Positions 1-8,982 are shown, counted from the first letter of the stretch. The stretch: DNA of 64,000 bases from a virus (IMGVR_UViG_3300028388_004019:32001-96000), one strand, 5' to 3'. Numbers and translations are program-made. The notes: generated by a model from the sequence alone, not told the origin.

Positions 1-1337
1 CCACTCTCCATACCTTCTAACTTAGTATAATACTCAGGGTCTTCATATAAGTGGTCCAATGCAATCTCAACAGCAACCATCATCTCTGATGTGTGTTCCA
101 TTTCATGTTGAATACCTTTTGTGAACTCATCATAGATTTCATCAACAGTGATATCATGCATCTTAGCGATGTCTTCGATATCCATACCGTCGGCTTTACC
201 ACCTTTGATTCTTTCTTCATCGATTCTAACACCACGAACATACTTAACACCACTAGCCCTTGTATCACCCAATTTTCTTTCTAATTGGTCAATAATCATT
301 TCAATGTGTTTGAGAGCAGAAGGTCCTTGAGCGGCTTTCATTAGTTTTCTAATCAATTCTTGCTTTTCAAAATCTCTTAATCTCGCCTCGTTAAGTTGAC
401 CATTAAACTTTTTATGATTCATCTTAGTGATGTCATACTTTGTTTGGTCTAACTCATCATATACAATCTCCTCAAAGTATTTTTCAAACATTGGGTCGAA
501 TAACTTTTCCAATTGTTCAGGTTTTCTGTGCCAACCTTTCATATACAAAGCTCTTTTGTCACCCACTCTTTGAATCTTTAGGTCTTCCATATTTTTCTTA
601 TAGAACCAATACGGCATTCTGATAAACTTAAACCCGTCCTTACCTGGTACATCATCTAATATCTCAATTTGAGAAATTGGTAACATCGCCTTATGTAAAG
701 ACATTGAATAAGGTTTGTGACCGCTAATAAAAAATGCGTCATTATCAGGGTATTGTCTGATGTTATAAACTTCCAATTGTTTTGGTGTTTCTTCACCAAC
801 CAAATAGGAACCAACATACGATTTAGTATCCGCTTCGTACTCACCCTTCATGAAGTCATAATCATTCGTATCAACCTCTTCCTGACCATCTTCATCTGAA
901 GCATCTTCCTGCTCGTTAACAAACCCACCCTCAGGTTTTGTTGTTAACTTAGACTCCGTCCCTGGTTGGAACATTGTGTTTTTCTTTGGCTCAGTAAACA
1001 ATGGTGCTTCGAAACCACCAGCACTACCAGCACCTGTAGCTTCAGTTGTCTCACCACCTTCACCTTCTTCATCCTGAACAATCTTCATTAAGATTTGATT
1101 CAATACATCCACCGTTAACCCTTCAGTTTCACCCTTTGGATTATCCTTACTCTTTAGGAATGGTGAATAACCTGTTTCTTCCTCAACTTCTTCCTCAGCC
1201 ATATTCTTGGCTTTATTCAAACTTATGAAGTTGTCAGTGACAGCATCATTACCACCCAGTGATGACAAATTCTTTGAGAATGCTTTTTGCAAACTCGTTT
1301 TAATCATATCTTTAAGTTCTTGTTCGTTCAATTTCAT
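1..1337 (-). CDS. 3'-partial protein (runs off the window edge) with an acidic N-terminal region and a DUF5661-like segment; possible internal head protein
   Basis: Not in the ORF track because there is no stop in the window. ATG at 1337 overlaps the upstream TAA (TAATG). The frame reads MKLNEQELKDMIK... and ends KGGKADGMDIEDIAKMH...GIQHEMEHTSEMMVAVEIALDHLYEDPEYYTKL, which resembles the DUF5661 ExEH...A..HL.E.P.YY motif. Confidence 0.8.
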   Translation of the reverse strand, partial: MKLNEQELKDMIKTSLQKAFSKNLSSLGGNDAVTDNFISLNKAKNMAEEEVEEETGYSPFLKSKDNPKGETEGLTVDVLNQILMKIVQDEEGEGGETTEATGAGSAGGFEAPLFTEPKKNTMFQPGTESKLTTKPEGGFVNEQEDASDEDGQEEVDTNDYDFMKGEYEADTKSYVGSYLVGEETPKQLEVYNIRQYPDNDAFFISGHKPYSMSLHKAMLPISQIEILDDVPGKDGFKFIRMPYWFYKKNMEDLKIQRVGDKRALYMKGWHRKPEQLEKLFDPMFEKYFEEIVYDELDQTKYDITKMNHKKFNGQLNEARLRDFEKQELIRKLMKAAQGPSALKHIEMIIDQLERKLGDTRASGVKYVRGVRIDEERIKGGKADGMDIEDIAKMHDITVDEIYDEFTKGIQHEMEHTSEMMVAVEIALDHLYEDPEYYTKLEGMES

Positions 1338-1585
1338 TACTTCACCGATTTTAAGGTAGGCTCCCAAAAACTTCTACGAGTCCACATAATCTTATAGAAC
1401 TCTCTCATGATTTTTACAACGATATCATTGATATCACCAGAAAGCTTACCTCTTTGAAGTTCTTTCTGAATGGTCTTAATCATTTTGTCCTCAAATTGTT
1501 TTAATGTGTTAGAATCCAAGAAATCTTTGATTTCCTTTCTAACCATCACTTCAATCTCTTTCTTATCTGTATTTGATAATGCCAT
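1337..1585 (-). CDS. hypothetical protein (about 82 aa)
   Basis: ORF 1337..1603 in the track. The likely start is MALSNTDKK at 1585 (TAATG overlap with the upstream stop). Confidence 0.75.
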   Translation of the reverse strand: MALSNTDKKEIEVMVRKEIKDFLDSNTLKQFEDKMIKTIQKELQRGKLSGDINDIVVKIMREFYKIMWTRRSFWEPTLKSVK

Positions 1586-2163
1586 TACTTCCCAATTTTC
1601 CAATACATACGTCCCGATATTGTCGGTTGTAAATCTTGGTTTACACCTACACCCACTCCGAACATATTTCTTTGTTTATTCTTAAACATGAATTCACCAC
1701 CCACATAATCCAATTGTGATGTACCACCGTTAACACCTATACCCCAATAGAACTCTCTCTTATTAAGGTAAATCTCTTTGGTGATGGTTGTCGTTGGAAT
1801 ACTGATGTCTGAAGTGAAACTTCTACTCAATACACTGTTCTTTGAGATGGTATCATTCAAAACCAAATATCCTAACGTATCTAAAGTTAGGGTATCAGTG
1901 TAATGGTATTTAGCATAATAGTCTTTTAATATTGACATCGTATCAATGTCCTGTGGTATTGTATCATGTTCTGTAACCACCCTTGTCCTCCATTTGGGAA
2001 CGTATTCTGTTTGTGTTACATTTACTGTATCCCACTTGGTTTCAATAGTTACAATAACCTCAGGTTCCACGGGGTCCTTTCTACTACATTGACTTTGATA
2101 TAGTAATACCAAAGCCAAAGCAATAATCAAAACATTCTGTATGGAACCGATATACTTTTTCAT
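1585..2163 (-). CDS. membrane-anchored protein, possible spanin-like lysis accessory
   Basis: N-terminal hydrophobic helix (VLIIALALVLLY), DT-rich stalk, and C-terminal amphipathic beta strands (GVGVGVNQDLQPTISGRMYWKIGK). Lies two genes from an amidase-like gene. Confidence 0.45.
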   Translation of the reverse strand: MKKYIGSIQNVLIIALALVLLYQSQCSRKDPVEPEVIVTIETKWDTVNVTQTEYVPKWRTRVVTEHDTIPQDIDTMSILKDYYAKYHYTDTLTLDTLGYLVLNDTISKNSVLSRSFTSDISIPTTTITKEIYLNKREFYWGIGVNGGTSQLDYVGGEFMFKNKQRNMFGVGVGVNQDLQPTISGRMYWKIGK

Positions 2164-2762
2164 TATTCAGAATCTACGTTTCTAGTCTTCTTTCTAGATG
2201 CCAAGACCTTAGCCCATTTAGACTTAAATTGTTCGTAGTAAGATGTTAATTTATTGATTAACTCAACCAATGACTCGTCCAACTTAATCATATCACCATT
2301 AACGTATACACCATTGTTTTCACCGATAGAATAGAAGAACTCCAAATCAAAGTCGATAACCTTACCACTCCACTCAACATTGTTAGGATAGATGTGCAAC
2401 GTACCGAAGTCTGATAAGTCAGATACTTGTTCAACAAAGTCATCCATTGTTTCTTGGAACGCCATTTTCTCTTCCGAACTAAGTTCCAATTCTTGTTTGT
2501 CTTTACCGTGTAAGGTTACAATACCACCTGATACTCTATAAGATTGACTCTTATCCTCATCAGGTGTAGTCTCGATGTCAATTTCTTCTTCACTGTCAAC
2601 ATCAACGTTCACCGGCTCGTCAGTCAAGTCTGTAACTACCTCTTCTTGTTCATTGATAAGACCCGCTTTGATTAGAGACTTTCTTGACTCATTCAAATCA
2701 CTCTTACCTAACATTTCTCTTGATGCTTTCAAGAGATTTTTCATTTCATCATACTGATTCAT
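2163..2762 (-). CDS. hypothetical acidic protein
   Basis: 199-aa ORF tightly coupled to both neighbours; contains LNE and INE motifs near the N-terminus. Confidence 0.75.
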   Translation of the reverse strand: MNQYDEMKNLLKASREMLGKSDLNESRKSLIKAGLINEQEEVVTDLTDEPVNVDVDSEEEIDIETTPDEDKSQSYRVSGGIVTLHGKDKQELELSSEEKMAFQETMDDFVEQVSDLSDFGTLHIYPNNVEWSGKVIDFDLEFFYSIGENNGVYVNGDMIKLDESLVELINKLTSYYEQFKSKWAKVLASRKKTRNVDSE

Positions 2763-3351
2763 TTTCTAATACTTTTAATAACTCTTCATAGTCAAAAGCC
2801 GGACTCAAATCTGTTACATTTTGAGAATAGTTACTTCTTGTAACAATACCCTCATAGAACTCGACATTGTCGACCTTTACATTATGACCTATACAGGTCT
2901 TCGGAATCTCGAACCTATCACATAAATCAACCACCAATTTCTGTAGTGATTCCATCTGAGAGTCAGTGTATGGGTCCCAAAAAAAGTGACTTCTCCACTT
3001 GCGTTCGTATACTCCTTCACTATAAATATTACCAATCCAGTTAATGTAAGAAGCATTAAGGGGGTTTTTCTTCAACCACCCAAGATTCTCCAAAGTGATA
3101 ACAATGGTTTGCTTTTGATTATTGTAATCTTTTAGGTAGTCGGAATAAGTCTCAGGGTCGAGCAATTGAAAGACCCTCCCATCTTTTCTTATAAGATAGT
3201 GAGGGACTTTCTTGTATTCTCCGTTGTGCCTTGTTTTAAGTGATGTTACGTATTCACCACCTTCTCTTGATGTATGACTTAATAGTATTTGTTTTTTGTT
3301 TTTCCAACGTCCAACACTATTAAATCCTGTCAATTCTTGTATTTCTTGCAT
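2749..3351 (-). CDS. N-acetylmuramoyl-L-alanine amidase (Amidase_2-like), putative endolysin
   Basis: Motifs ILLSHT, PHYLIRKDGRVFQL, ITLEN, YTDSQMESL, IGHN and TDLSPAFD match the Amidase_2 layout. Confidence 0.7.
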   Translation of the reverse strand: MQEIQELTGFNSVGRWKNKKQILLSHTSREGGEYVTSLKTRHNGEYKKVPHYLIRKDGRVFQLLDPETYSDYLKDYNNQKQTIVITLENLGWLKKNPLNASYINWIGNIYSEGVYERKWRSHFFWDPYTDSQMESLQKLVVDLCDRFEIPKTCIGHNVKVDNVEFYEGIVTRSNYSQNVTDLSPAFDYEELLKVLENESV

Positions 3352-4501
3352 TACGTGGTTGATATCTCAAAGTCTTTATCTGAGGTTTTGGAGTTTCCTC
3401 TTTAGGAGTTTCCTCAGGTGTTTCTTCAATACTAACCTCTTTTTTAGAATTTTCAATCTTATCTAACTGTTCTTTGAGTTTTTCAATGTCTTCATCAGTA
3501 GGATTGATTGGTTGTGGTTCCTTTTCATTATCCACCACAAATATCTCACCATCCAAGATTTCATCCAATACTTCTTCAGGTAAATCGTCAGACCAATTTT
3601 CGCTCTTAGTCTCTTGTAAGTCTAATAAGTCCGAAAACTCATTGTCCACATCAACAGGTTCTTTGACCTTTGGTTGTGGTTCCTCTTTACCTTTCTTACG
3701 TAAACGATTGAAAGCGAAGTTCGCAGCAATAACCAAAGATATCGCCAATGGGTCAAAAACAAAAATAATAACCAACATAAGAATGTTTACCACCTTACTC
3801 ATTGGTGTATTTGTCAACTCACTTATGTATTTCAATGGTCCCAACTCCGCAGCCACCTCTGAATTTGATTGAACATCCAATCGTTTAATTTCTAACGAAG
3901 TAATAGAATCTGTAACAACCTCCAATTTCTGAGATATCTCATTTCTACTTTCAACAGCTTCGTCCAATTCTTTTTGTAACGCTCGTCTCGTTGATGATGA
4001 TGTGGTCGTTATAATCTGACCCGTTTCTTTATCTTTATATTGTATTACGTTGTTTGCCAAACCCGCTCTTAGGCCTGAAATACTTTGGTCCAATGCCTCT
4101 TTTTCGGATAGGTAGTATGTACGGTTTTCTTCAAAACGTCCTTTCTTTAGGTCAATCAACTCAACTTCCTTATCTACAATACCAGCAGATGCCGCAGTCT
4201 CTTGATACGCAGCAGATAAGAACCCATAGATACCCGCAGAGGTGATTAACACCAATACAAACGCAGCAACAGTTAAGTAGGTTCTTAAAAATTTGTTAAG
4301 TTCACTCCAGTATTGATATAATAGGGATGCAATGACCAATTTGGCAATCTCCAATGAAGACGCCATAATTAAAACCTGAAACGAGGCTCCCGCGAATAAC
4401 TTCGAAAGCCCCGTTACAGAGTAGAATGCCGCTGACAAACTCACAGATAGAGCTGACAACGCTATAATAAAGGGAAAAATCCTTTTTTGAATCTCTTTCA
4501 T
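3320..4501 (-). CDS. multi-pass membrane protein with periplasmic or cytoplasmic coiled coil
   Basis: Three to four N-terminal hydrophobic segments, a long coiled coil, another TM segment (ILMLVIIFVFDPLAISLVIAA), and an acidic tail. Confidence 0.75.
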   Translation of the reverse strand: MKEIQKRIFPFIIALSALSVSLSAAFYSVTGLSKLFAGASFQVLIMASSLEIAKLVIASLLYQYWSELNKFLRTYLTVAAFVLVLITSAGIYGFLSAAYQETAASAGIVDKEVELIDLKKGRFEENRTYYLSEKEALDQSISGLRAGLANNVIQYKDKETGQIITTTSSSTRRALQKELDEAVESRNEISQKLEVVTDSITSLEIKRLDVQSNSEVAAELGPLKYISELTNTPMSKVVNILMLVIIFVFDPLAISLVIAANFAFNRLRKKGKEEPQPKVKEPVDVDNEFSDLLDLQETKSENWSDDLPEEVLDEILDGEIFVVDNEKEPQPINPTDEDIEKLKEQLDKIENSKKEVSIEETPEETPKEETPKPQIKTLRYQPRNARNTRIDRI

Positions 4502-4544
4502 AATAAACTATTTAGGCAAAACTACCTTACAATAAATAGTTCAT

Positions 4545-5333
4545 TTATAGATAATCAAACAATTCTGAGGATTCGTTACGTAGTTTACGGAGTGCCTTCT
4601 CCTTAATTTGACGGACACGCTCCTTAGTCAAACTGAAGTCGGTACCAATATCTTCCAATGTTCTTGGAACACCAGTCATCCCGAAATAGTCCATAATGAT
4701 TGACTTCTCACGGTCGTCCAACACATCCATAATCTCAACCATCTTCGCCTTCAATAAATCCGCAGTATTGAAACCTTCATCAGGTTGAACAGCATTTTTA
4801 TTCTCAATCAAATCAACCAACGTATCACCTTCCTCATTGATGTTCATATCCAAATCAATTACTTTAGGTAAAGTGGTGAACTTCTCGTCCAACTCCTTGT
4901 TGGTCTTCTGAGCCTCTTTTTTCGCTCGATGCATCTCCTGAACAACGTTTACTGGTAGACGAATGGTACGAGAGTTTTCATTCAAACTTTGGATAATAGA
5001 TTGTTTAATCCACTTCGTCCAATCAAAGTTCTTAATTGCTTTCATCAATCCCAAATTACCCTCAGCAATCAAGTCACCCAACGGTAACCCTTGATTCTGA
5101 TATTGTTTGGCAACGGTGATAACGAAACGTAGGTTTCCTTGCAACAACTCCTGATGGATAGCATCACGCTGAGCATCAGAAACATTGTCAGAACAAATCA
5201 TCTCTGATAGTTCCTTCTCACGTTCAGGGGTCATTACCTTAATCTTTCTAATGTCTGATAGATACATTTGTATCTCCTCTTGGTTCAATGGTGAACTCAT
5301 AAAATTTTCTTCTTTATTGTTATTTGTATTCAT
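4545..5333 (-). CDS. RNA polymerase sigma70-family factor (RpoD/RpoS-like), with an apparent 10-aa deletion in region 2.3
   Basis: Region 2 (NLRFVITVAKQYQNQGLPLGDLIAEGNLGLMKA) and the region 4 HTH (RTLEDIGTDFSLTKERVRQIKEKALRKLR) are present. The start is at 5333 or 5300. Confidence 0.92.
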   Translation of the reverse strand: MNTNNNKEENFMSSPLNQEEIQMYLSDIRKIKVMTPEREKELSEMICSDNVSDAQRDAIHQELLQGNLRFVITVAKQYQNQGLPLGDLIAEGNLGLMKAIKNFDWTKWIKQSIIQSLNENSRTIRLPVNVVQEMHRAKKEAQKTNKELDEKFTTLPKVIDLDMNINEEGDTLVDLIENKNAVQPDEGFNTADLLKAKMVEIMDVLDDREKSIIMDYFGMTGVPRTLEDIGTDFSLTKERVRQIKEKALRKLRNESSELFDYL

Positions 5334-5898
5334 TTGCATATCGGTCAAGTAGTTTACGCTCATCCAAAGTTAAGGAATCTGGTCCATTCTCCACCAACTT
5401 ATCTAAGATATCATCCATGGAAGGTAGAGTATTGTCGACCAACATAGGGTCAACATCTTCATCTTCCTCCATATCAAAGGTGAAATCTAATTCTTTGGTG
5501 AAGTAATCAATGATTCGGTCCAACTCCTCGTCGTCCTGTTTCACCTCCATCTCAGGAACGTTCAACATAAGGTTAACATTTTCGTTATCCTCTTCTAAAT
5601 CAAAAAGATTGTCCGCTAACTCTTTGGGTAATTTTGCGGATGTCTTCTCTGACATCGGCATTAGGAAATATTCATACTTATCCTCTTTCAAAGATTCATA
5701 GATGAATTTTTTGAATTCATCAAAGGGGATGTCTGTATTAATCTTTATAATCATATGGTATGACCCATAAATGTATTTAATAGTTTCATCGGTGCTGGCA
5801 AGGATTACCGACTTTCCGACCTGATTTACCTTATAATCACTCGTGAAGTCTCCAAACACGAATAATAAGTATGTTTCATTACTGTTTTCTATTGACAT
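5320..5898 (-). CDS. hypothetical protein with C-terminal DUF6576-like motif
   Basis: Ends DDILDKLVENGPDSLTLDERKLL, matching the ILDKI...G..SLT..E...L motif. ATG at 5898 is preferred because the track's TTG start lies inside the promoter. Confidence 0.7.
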   Translation of the reverse strand: MSIENSNETYLLFVFGDFTSDYKVNQVGKSVILASTDETIKYIYGSYHMIIKINTDIPFDEFKKFIYESLKEDKYEYFLMPMSEKTSAKLPKELADNLFDLEEDNENVNLMLNVPEMEVKQDDEELDRIIDYFTKELDFTFDMEEDEDVDPMLVDNTLPSMDDILDKLVENGPDSLTLDERKLLDRYANEYK

Positions 5899-5913
5899 AT
5901 CGTTTATTTTTTC

Positions 5914-5945
5914 CAAAGGTAAGTATATTTATCTAATAAACCAAA
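5914..5945 (-). promoter_or_regulatory. Bacteroidota primary-sigma-type promoter TTTG-N20-TACCTTTG
   Basis: Exact match to the Bacteroidota -33 TTTG / -7 TAnnTTTG consensus with a 20-nt spacer, 15 nt upstream of the ATG at 5898. Confidence 0.7.
5926..5932 (+). promoter_or_regulatory. putative phage late-promoter motif TATTTAT
   Basis: The same heptamer recurs upstream of many structural genes; here it is 17 nt before the ATG at 5950. Confidence 0.5.
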
Positions 5946-5949
5946 GAGT

Positions 5950-6579
5950 ATGAAAAAGATTTCTTTAACAGAATCTCAGTTAACAGATTTAATCCAAAAG
6001 GTAGTAAAACAAAAATTGGGCCAAATCAATGAGGATTCTGCAGATATAAATCAGGATGGTATTATTTCTCCTGAAGAGCTTTACCAACACTTCGACCTTG
6101 ATGGTGACGGTGTGGTAACAATGGCTGATTACGCAGCTCACGTGGACTTCCACTGTGAAAACCCTGAACTACTTCAACCGTCAAGAGAATCTGACGAATA
6201 CGTCATGAAGATGGACCAAGACCGTGAACCATTCATGGCATTCTTTAATGTTGATGATATGGCTCCAATGATGGAACAAGAGGAAGAAGATATGGACGAA
6301 AAACCAGGAAAATATCCTGTTGAAGACCCAATGTTTGACCTTGACGATTCTGACGTTGCAGACATCATGTCAGCAGATGGTCCAATGAGAAGATTCAGAG
6401 GTTCTATCTACGTTGATGGAATGATTCCTGAAACTGACGATGTTGAGTACGATAGAAAACTCGCAATCAAAGTATTAGAAAACTACGCTAAGAAACTTCC
6501 AACGGCTGAAGTTTATGTCGGAGGTGCTGGATTCAAACAAAGAAGTTTAATCGAACCTTACGACAACATGGACTTCTAA
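5950..6579 (+). CDS. acidic protein with two EF-hand-like Ca-binding loops
   Basis: Loops DINQDGIISPEE and DLDGDGVVTMAD; N-terminus MKKISLTESQL...INE; followed by a terminator. One of only two convincing plus-strand genes. Confidence 0.75.
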   Translation: MKKISLTESQLTDLIQKVVKQKLGQINEDSADINQDGIISPEELYQHFDLDGDGVVTMADYAAHVDFHCENPELLQPSRESDEYVMKMDQDREPFMAFFNVDDMAPMMEQEEEDMDEKPGKYPVEDPMFDLDDSDVADIMSADGPMRRFRGSIYVDGMIPETDDVEYDRKLAIKVLENYAKKLPTAEVYVGGAGFKQRSLIEPYDNMDF

Positions 6580-6602
6580 CCAAACCACCATATATAAATA
6601 AG

Positions 6603-6630
6603 AAACCCACCATTACGGTGGGTTTTTTTA
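6603..6630. terminator. intrinsic terminator between convergent genes
   Basis: Hairpin AAACCCACC-ATTAC-GGTGGGTTT followed by a T run on the plus strand. Confidence 0.8.
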
Positions 6631-7167
6631 TACCCTCTTTGAATATCCAACGACCTGGTAGAAATCCTTCTTATCGTCACAGTAATCCTTTACCAACTCC
6701 AACAACGTTCTGAACATAAACGCTCCTGTGGTCTGTTTCTCACAACGAATGAATAACTCAATAAATGCCGTCAACGTATCCATAGGGTAGTATCCATGTC
6801 CATTGAGTTCATCATATACTCCATCCAACTGAGAATACAAACTAAGTTCGTAACCGTCCCTCTCCTCAACAGTTTGGAAGGGGTCCAACTGGTCATACTG
6901 TTCCAACATGTTGTAAACAAAACCACGAACCAATCCTTTGTTGTATTCTGACTTCACCAACAAATCTACAATCCAGTGAGTGTGACTCGGTGTTCTCAAT
7001 CGTTTACCGTCCTCACGGTATTTGACGATGAAATCTAAGTCAGGGTTCTCACCACGGAATCCCTGATAGATAGCAATTGCCGTTCCATCTTCCATAGTGT
7101 AGTGTTTGAGGGGTGGGTAATAGTTGTCCGTTCCTCGTTGTTTGTAGGTTAATTGTTCTACAGTCAT
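6628..7167 (-). CDS. hypothetical protein
   Basis: 179-aa ORF with ATG start and normal spacing; no family recognised. Confidence 0.75.
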   Translation of the reverse strand: MTVEQLTYKQRGTDNYYPPLKHYTMEDGTAIAIYQGFRGENPDLDFIVKYREDGKRLRTPSHTHWIVDLLVKSEYNKGLVRGFVYNMLEQYDQLDPFQTVEERDGYELSLYSQLDGVYDELNGHGYYPMDTLTAFIELFIRCEKQTTGAFMFRTLLELVKDYCDDKKDFYQVVGYSKRV

Positions 7168-7171
7168 AGTA

Positions 7172-7429
7172 TTATCCTAAGTGGTTATTAAATTCTCTCA
7201 TCTCTTGCTCCTCGTATTTCTTGAATTGCTCTTCACGACGCAAGACTGTCATAAAGTCGAAAATGTATTTCTTAACCTCGTTGAGGTGATTGTTAACATC
7301 CATTCCACGGTCCAACATCTCTTGGGTGTCAGATAGATTGGATGCCACTCGCATCAATACATCAGTGGTTTTCAACATTTCAGCTGGTAGGTATTCTCCG
7401 TGCTTCTCACAAAATTCAACTTTGGTCAT
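7172..7429 (-). CDS. hypothetical protein
   Basis: 85-aa ORF directly downstream of a promoter element. Confidence 0.7.
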   Translation of the reverse strand: MTKVEFCEKHGEYLPAEMLKTTDVLMRVASNLSDTQEMLDRGMDVNNHLNEVKKYIFDFMTVLRREEQFKKYEEQEMREFNNHLG

Positions 7430-7454
7430 ATCGTTATCGTTTTATTAGATTACG

Positions 7455-7488
7455 AATATACAACAAAAAAGGGACTCTCACAAGTCCC
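7455..7488 (-). repeat. 34-bp direct repeat, copy 1 (terminator hairpin fused to a promoter)
   Basis: aatatacaacaaaaaagggactctcacaagtccc is identical to 8983..9016. On the minus strand it reads GGGACT-TGTGAG-AGTCCC-TTTTTT, then TTG-N20-TATATTCG. Confidence 0.9.
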
Positions 7489-7500
7489 TTCTTAAAAAAG

Positions 7501-8334
7501 TTAAATTAACTCCATAGGTAATTGAATATTACTTAACCTCTCAGTTATAATATCATAATACTCTTTAACCATCTCACTACCAAGGTAATTTCTATCTTTA
7601 TTAATTGCCGCTCTCGCGGTAGTACCACTACCCATCATTGGGTCATAAACTAAATCACCCTTATTAGTCCAAGTCTCAATATGGTCTTCCACAAGCTTAG
7701 TTGGAAATATCGCGGGATGTTGATATGCAATCTCATCTTCTTGACCATTCTTCGATGTCTTATATGTCCATACATTATATCTCTGTCCATATTCAGAAAT
7801 TGTTTTTCTACTGTTTTCCTTCATAGTACCGTCCTTTTGTCTAACGGTGTTTTTACCCCATGAACCGACCTTACCCCCATAAACATTTTTACGGTCTTTA
7901 ATTGAGTTAAATGTTTTCGGTTTTCCCTTAGAAAAAACAAACATATACTCAAATATTTGATGGTATCGATTAGAAGACGGGTTAGAAAAGTTATTCTTTT
8001 GATAAATCATAGTATCATGAATATTGAAACCTATCTCTTTGAAATATAACGCCTGTCTAAATGATGTTCCTGTTTCTGAACCATTATGTGTAGCATCACC
8101 AACAACCCAAACAACTACCCCACCTTCTTTTGTGACTCGATATAACTCCTTCGCAATATCCTCAAAGGGAAACGAATATCCGTTATAATCTGTTTGATTA
8201 CCTTTTATGTGGTTTTTATAGGTTCTTAAATCATCGTAAGGTGGAGAAGTAACAGTTAAATCAATACTATTATCATCCATTCTTGACATAGTATCAAGAC
8301 AGTTTTCATTATAAATCATATTTTTTTTAATCAT
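7501..8334 (-). CDS. DNA methyltransferase, beta class (N4-cytosine/N6-adenine)
   Basis: Catalytic motif IV TSPPY near the N-terminus and SAM-binding motif I VYDPMMGSGTT near the C-terminus. Confidence 0.93.
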   Translation of the reverse strand: MIKKNMIYNENCLDTMSRMDDNSIDLTVTSPPYDDLRTYKNHIKGNQTDYNGYSFPFEDIAKELYRVTKEGGVVVWVVGDATHNGSETGTSFRQALYFKEIGFNIHDTMIYQKNNFSNPSSNRYHQIFEYMFVFSKGKPKTFNSIKDRKNVYGGKVGSWGKNTVRQKDGTMKENSRKTISEYGQRYNVWTYKTSKNGQEDEIAYQHPAIFPTKLVEDHIETWTNKGDLVYDPMMGSGTTARAAINKDRNYLGSEMVKEYYDIITERLSNIQLPMELI

Positions 8335-8370
8335 ATTAATAGTGTAATATTTTTTTGTATTTTGTACAGT

Positions 8371-8961
8371 TTATCCTCGTAAAATAACTTTATTATGATT
8401 ACTATAAATATCATAATAACTACCTTGTTGGATATTACCATAGGCCATATACTCGAAATTACAAAGGTCAGTCACTTTATATCTACCCGTCAATTGTCCT
8501 GGTCCTGAATGTTCAAAATGAAATAATATGTGATATCCATCTTGAATATTTTTTCTTAATTTAGTCTTTTCTTCAGGTGTTGAAGTATAAAAAACTCTGA
8601 ACCTACTTTTAATATCATCTATATCTGAACTTATTTTTAATTCAGGATATATTACTTTTTCCCCAACTCTAAGTCTTAAGTCAGGATATCCCGTACCTAA
8701 TCTTTCAACAATAACATCATCACCATAATGTTTCTGTATTGCATTAACCATGACATTTTCAACAAAATTACCATATTCATTAATACGTCCATGATACTCC
8801 ATTTCACTATTTTTAACAATGGTTTGTTCAGTTATATTACTCAAAAAATCAATCATATCTTGAGTAACTTCTAAAATTTCTGAATCATAATATGCTGAAA
8901 TATAATCATTCAATGTTATTTTTTGTTTTTTTTGAGCCCTAAGATATGATATATTGTCCAT
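8371..8961 (-). CDS. PD-(D/E)xK nuclease, probable type II restriction endonuclease
   Basis: GYPDLRLRVGEKVIYPELK gives a PD...ExK motif. The gene is co-oriented with and directly upstream of the MTase and is similarly AT-rich. Confidence 0.55.
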   Translation of the reverse strand: MDNISYLRAQKKQKITLNDYISAYYDSEILEVTQDMIDFLSNITEQTIVKNSEMEYHGRINEYGNFVENVMVNAIQKHYGDDVIVERLGTGYPDLRLRVGEKVIYPELKISSDIDDIKSRFRVFYTSTPEEKTKLRKNIQDGYHILFHFEHSGPGQLTGRYKVTDLCNFEYMAYGNIQQGSYYDIYSNHNKVILRG

Positions 8962-8982
8962 TTAATATTATTTTACATTTCA

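Noticed and set aside
6594-6600. TATTTAT on the minus strand pointing antisense into the EF-hand gene
   Set aside because: No downstream ORF and an AT-rich context; it cannot be distinguished from chance.
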